In this document: positions 50,330-50,503 of the stretch, piece by piece
How the letters are laid out: every line of letters starts with the position of its first letter
Numbering within the stretch: the first letter of the stretch is position 1
NCBI GenBank assembly: GCA_028286465.1
Contig: JAQBRN010000020.1
Location: forward strand, 1 to 50,503
DNA: 50,503 nt
Origin: Parcubacteria group bacterium
GTDB taxonomy: Bacteria > Patescibacteriota > Minisyncoccia > Phycocordibacterales > Zambryskibacteraceae
Direction: 5' to 3'
Made by a program: the position numbers and the translations under genes
The notes under the pieces: model-generated
The model's input: the letters and a program-made list of their open reading frames with translations, nothing else
Databases searched by the model: none
Told to the model about the DNA's origin: nothing

Positions 50330-50503
50330 TTACACCTTAAACAAGCCGGGCGGCACGAAGGACGCAGGCGTCGTCGAAGCCGTAAAGAAACTCCTTCCTC
50401 TCATGAAGGATGATAAGGCCATGATCACTTTCGCCATGATCTTCGCCTTCGCTACGTCGGGGCTGAATCTTGTCGCGCCTGTCCTCATCGGTCGCGCCGT
50501 CGA
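50322..50503 (+). CDS. Second ABC exporter half-transporter (5' part; continues beyond the window)
   Basis: The ATG at 50322 overlaps the upstream stop (ATGAATAA). The translation MNNYTLNKPGGTKDAGVVEAVKKLLPLMKDDKAMITFAMIFAFATSGLNLVAPVLIGRAV is a typical heterodimer-partner N-terminus. Confidence 0.7.
   Translation, partial: MNNYTLNKPGGTKDAGVVEAVKKLLPLMKDDKAMITFAMIFAFATSGLNLVAPVLIGRAV

Noticed and set aside
1-50503. A search for CRISPR arrays, transposases, integrases, prophage genes and rRNA
   Set aside because: I saw no regularly spaced repeats, no DDE or tyrosine/serine recombinase-like ORFs, no phage structural genes and no rRNA-like sequence. Only one tRNA was found.

Overview
A 50.5-kb bacterial chromosomal window. 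I read about 70 protein-coding genes (most on the minus strand) and one tRNA-Gln(CUG). I found no rRNA, no CRISPR array and no recognisable transposase or integrase. Intergenic regions carry near-consensus sigma70-type promoters (TTGACA-N16-18-TATAAT-like) and many hairpin plus T-run terminators, so transcription units can be delimited fairly well by eye. The gene content (CxxC-x17-CxxC protein, YibE/F, lmo0937-type peptide, MacAB-like ABC efflux, many small secreted orphans) suggests an uncultivated small-genome bacterium; this is only a guess.

The main feature is an NAD / ADP-ribose island at about 5.0-20.3 kb. It contains a Nudix+wHTH NrtR-like regulator, two tandem nicotinamidases (pncA), pncB, a glutamine-dependent nadE, two nucleoside-2-deoxyribosyltransferase-like (NDT-like) proteins, an ADP-ribosylglycohydrolase, a catalytic Nudix hydrolase, an Mqo-family flavoprotein and two orphans.

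Four copies of a 21-bp palindrome, TTAGTGT-N7-ACACTAA, sit on the promoters of pncA-1, nadE and the NDT-like/ARH/Nudix operon. I interpret these as NrtR operators.

The most unusual point is what lies downstream of the operator-controlled pncA-1 gene. It is followed, with a 33-nt gap and no terminator, by a vWA / PP2C phosphatase / Ser-Thr kinase triad of the TerY-P type, which to my recollection is a reported anti-phage system. This suggests an NAD/ADP-ribose-responsive defence or signalling module.

Other notable items:
- a PspA-like gene paired with a TPM-domain, long coiled-coil membrane protein
- a tightly coupled six-gene operon of small-molecule enzymes
- a Memo-like/CapA fusion
- a cytochrome b5 / cupredoxin cluster, with a ligand-less cupredoxin paralogue nearby
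- a recurrent 11-nt motif in mRNA leaders
- a 14-bp direct repeat bracketing the YibE/F gene next to the tRNA

All family calls come from reading the translated ORFs by eye. No searches were run.
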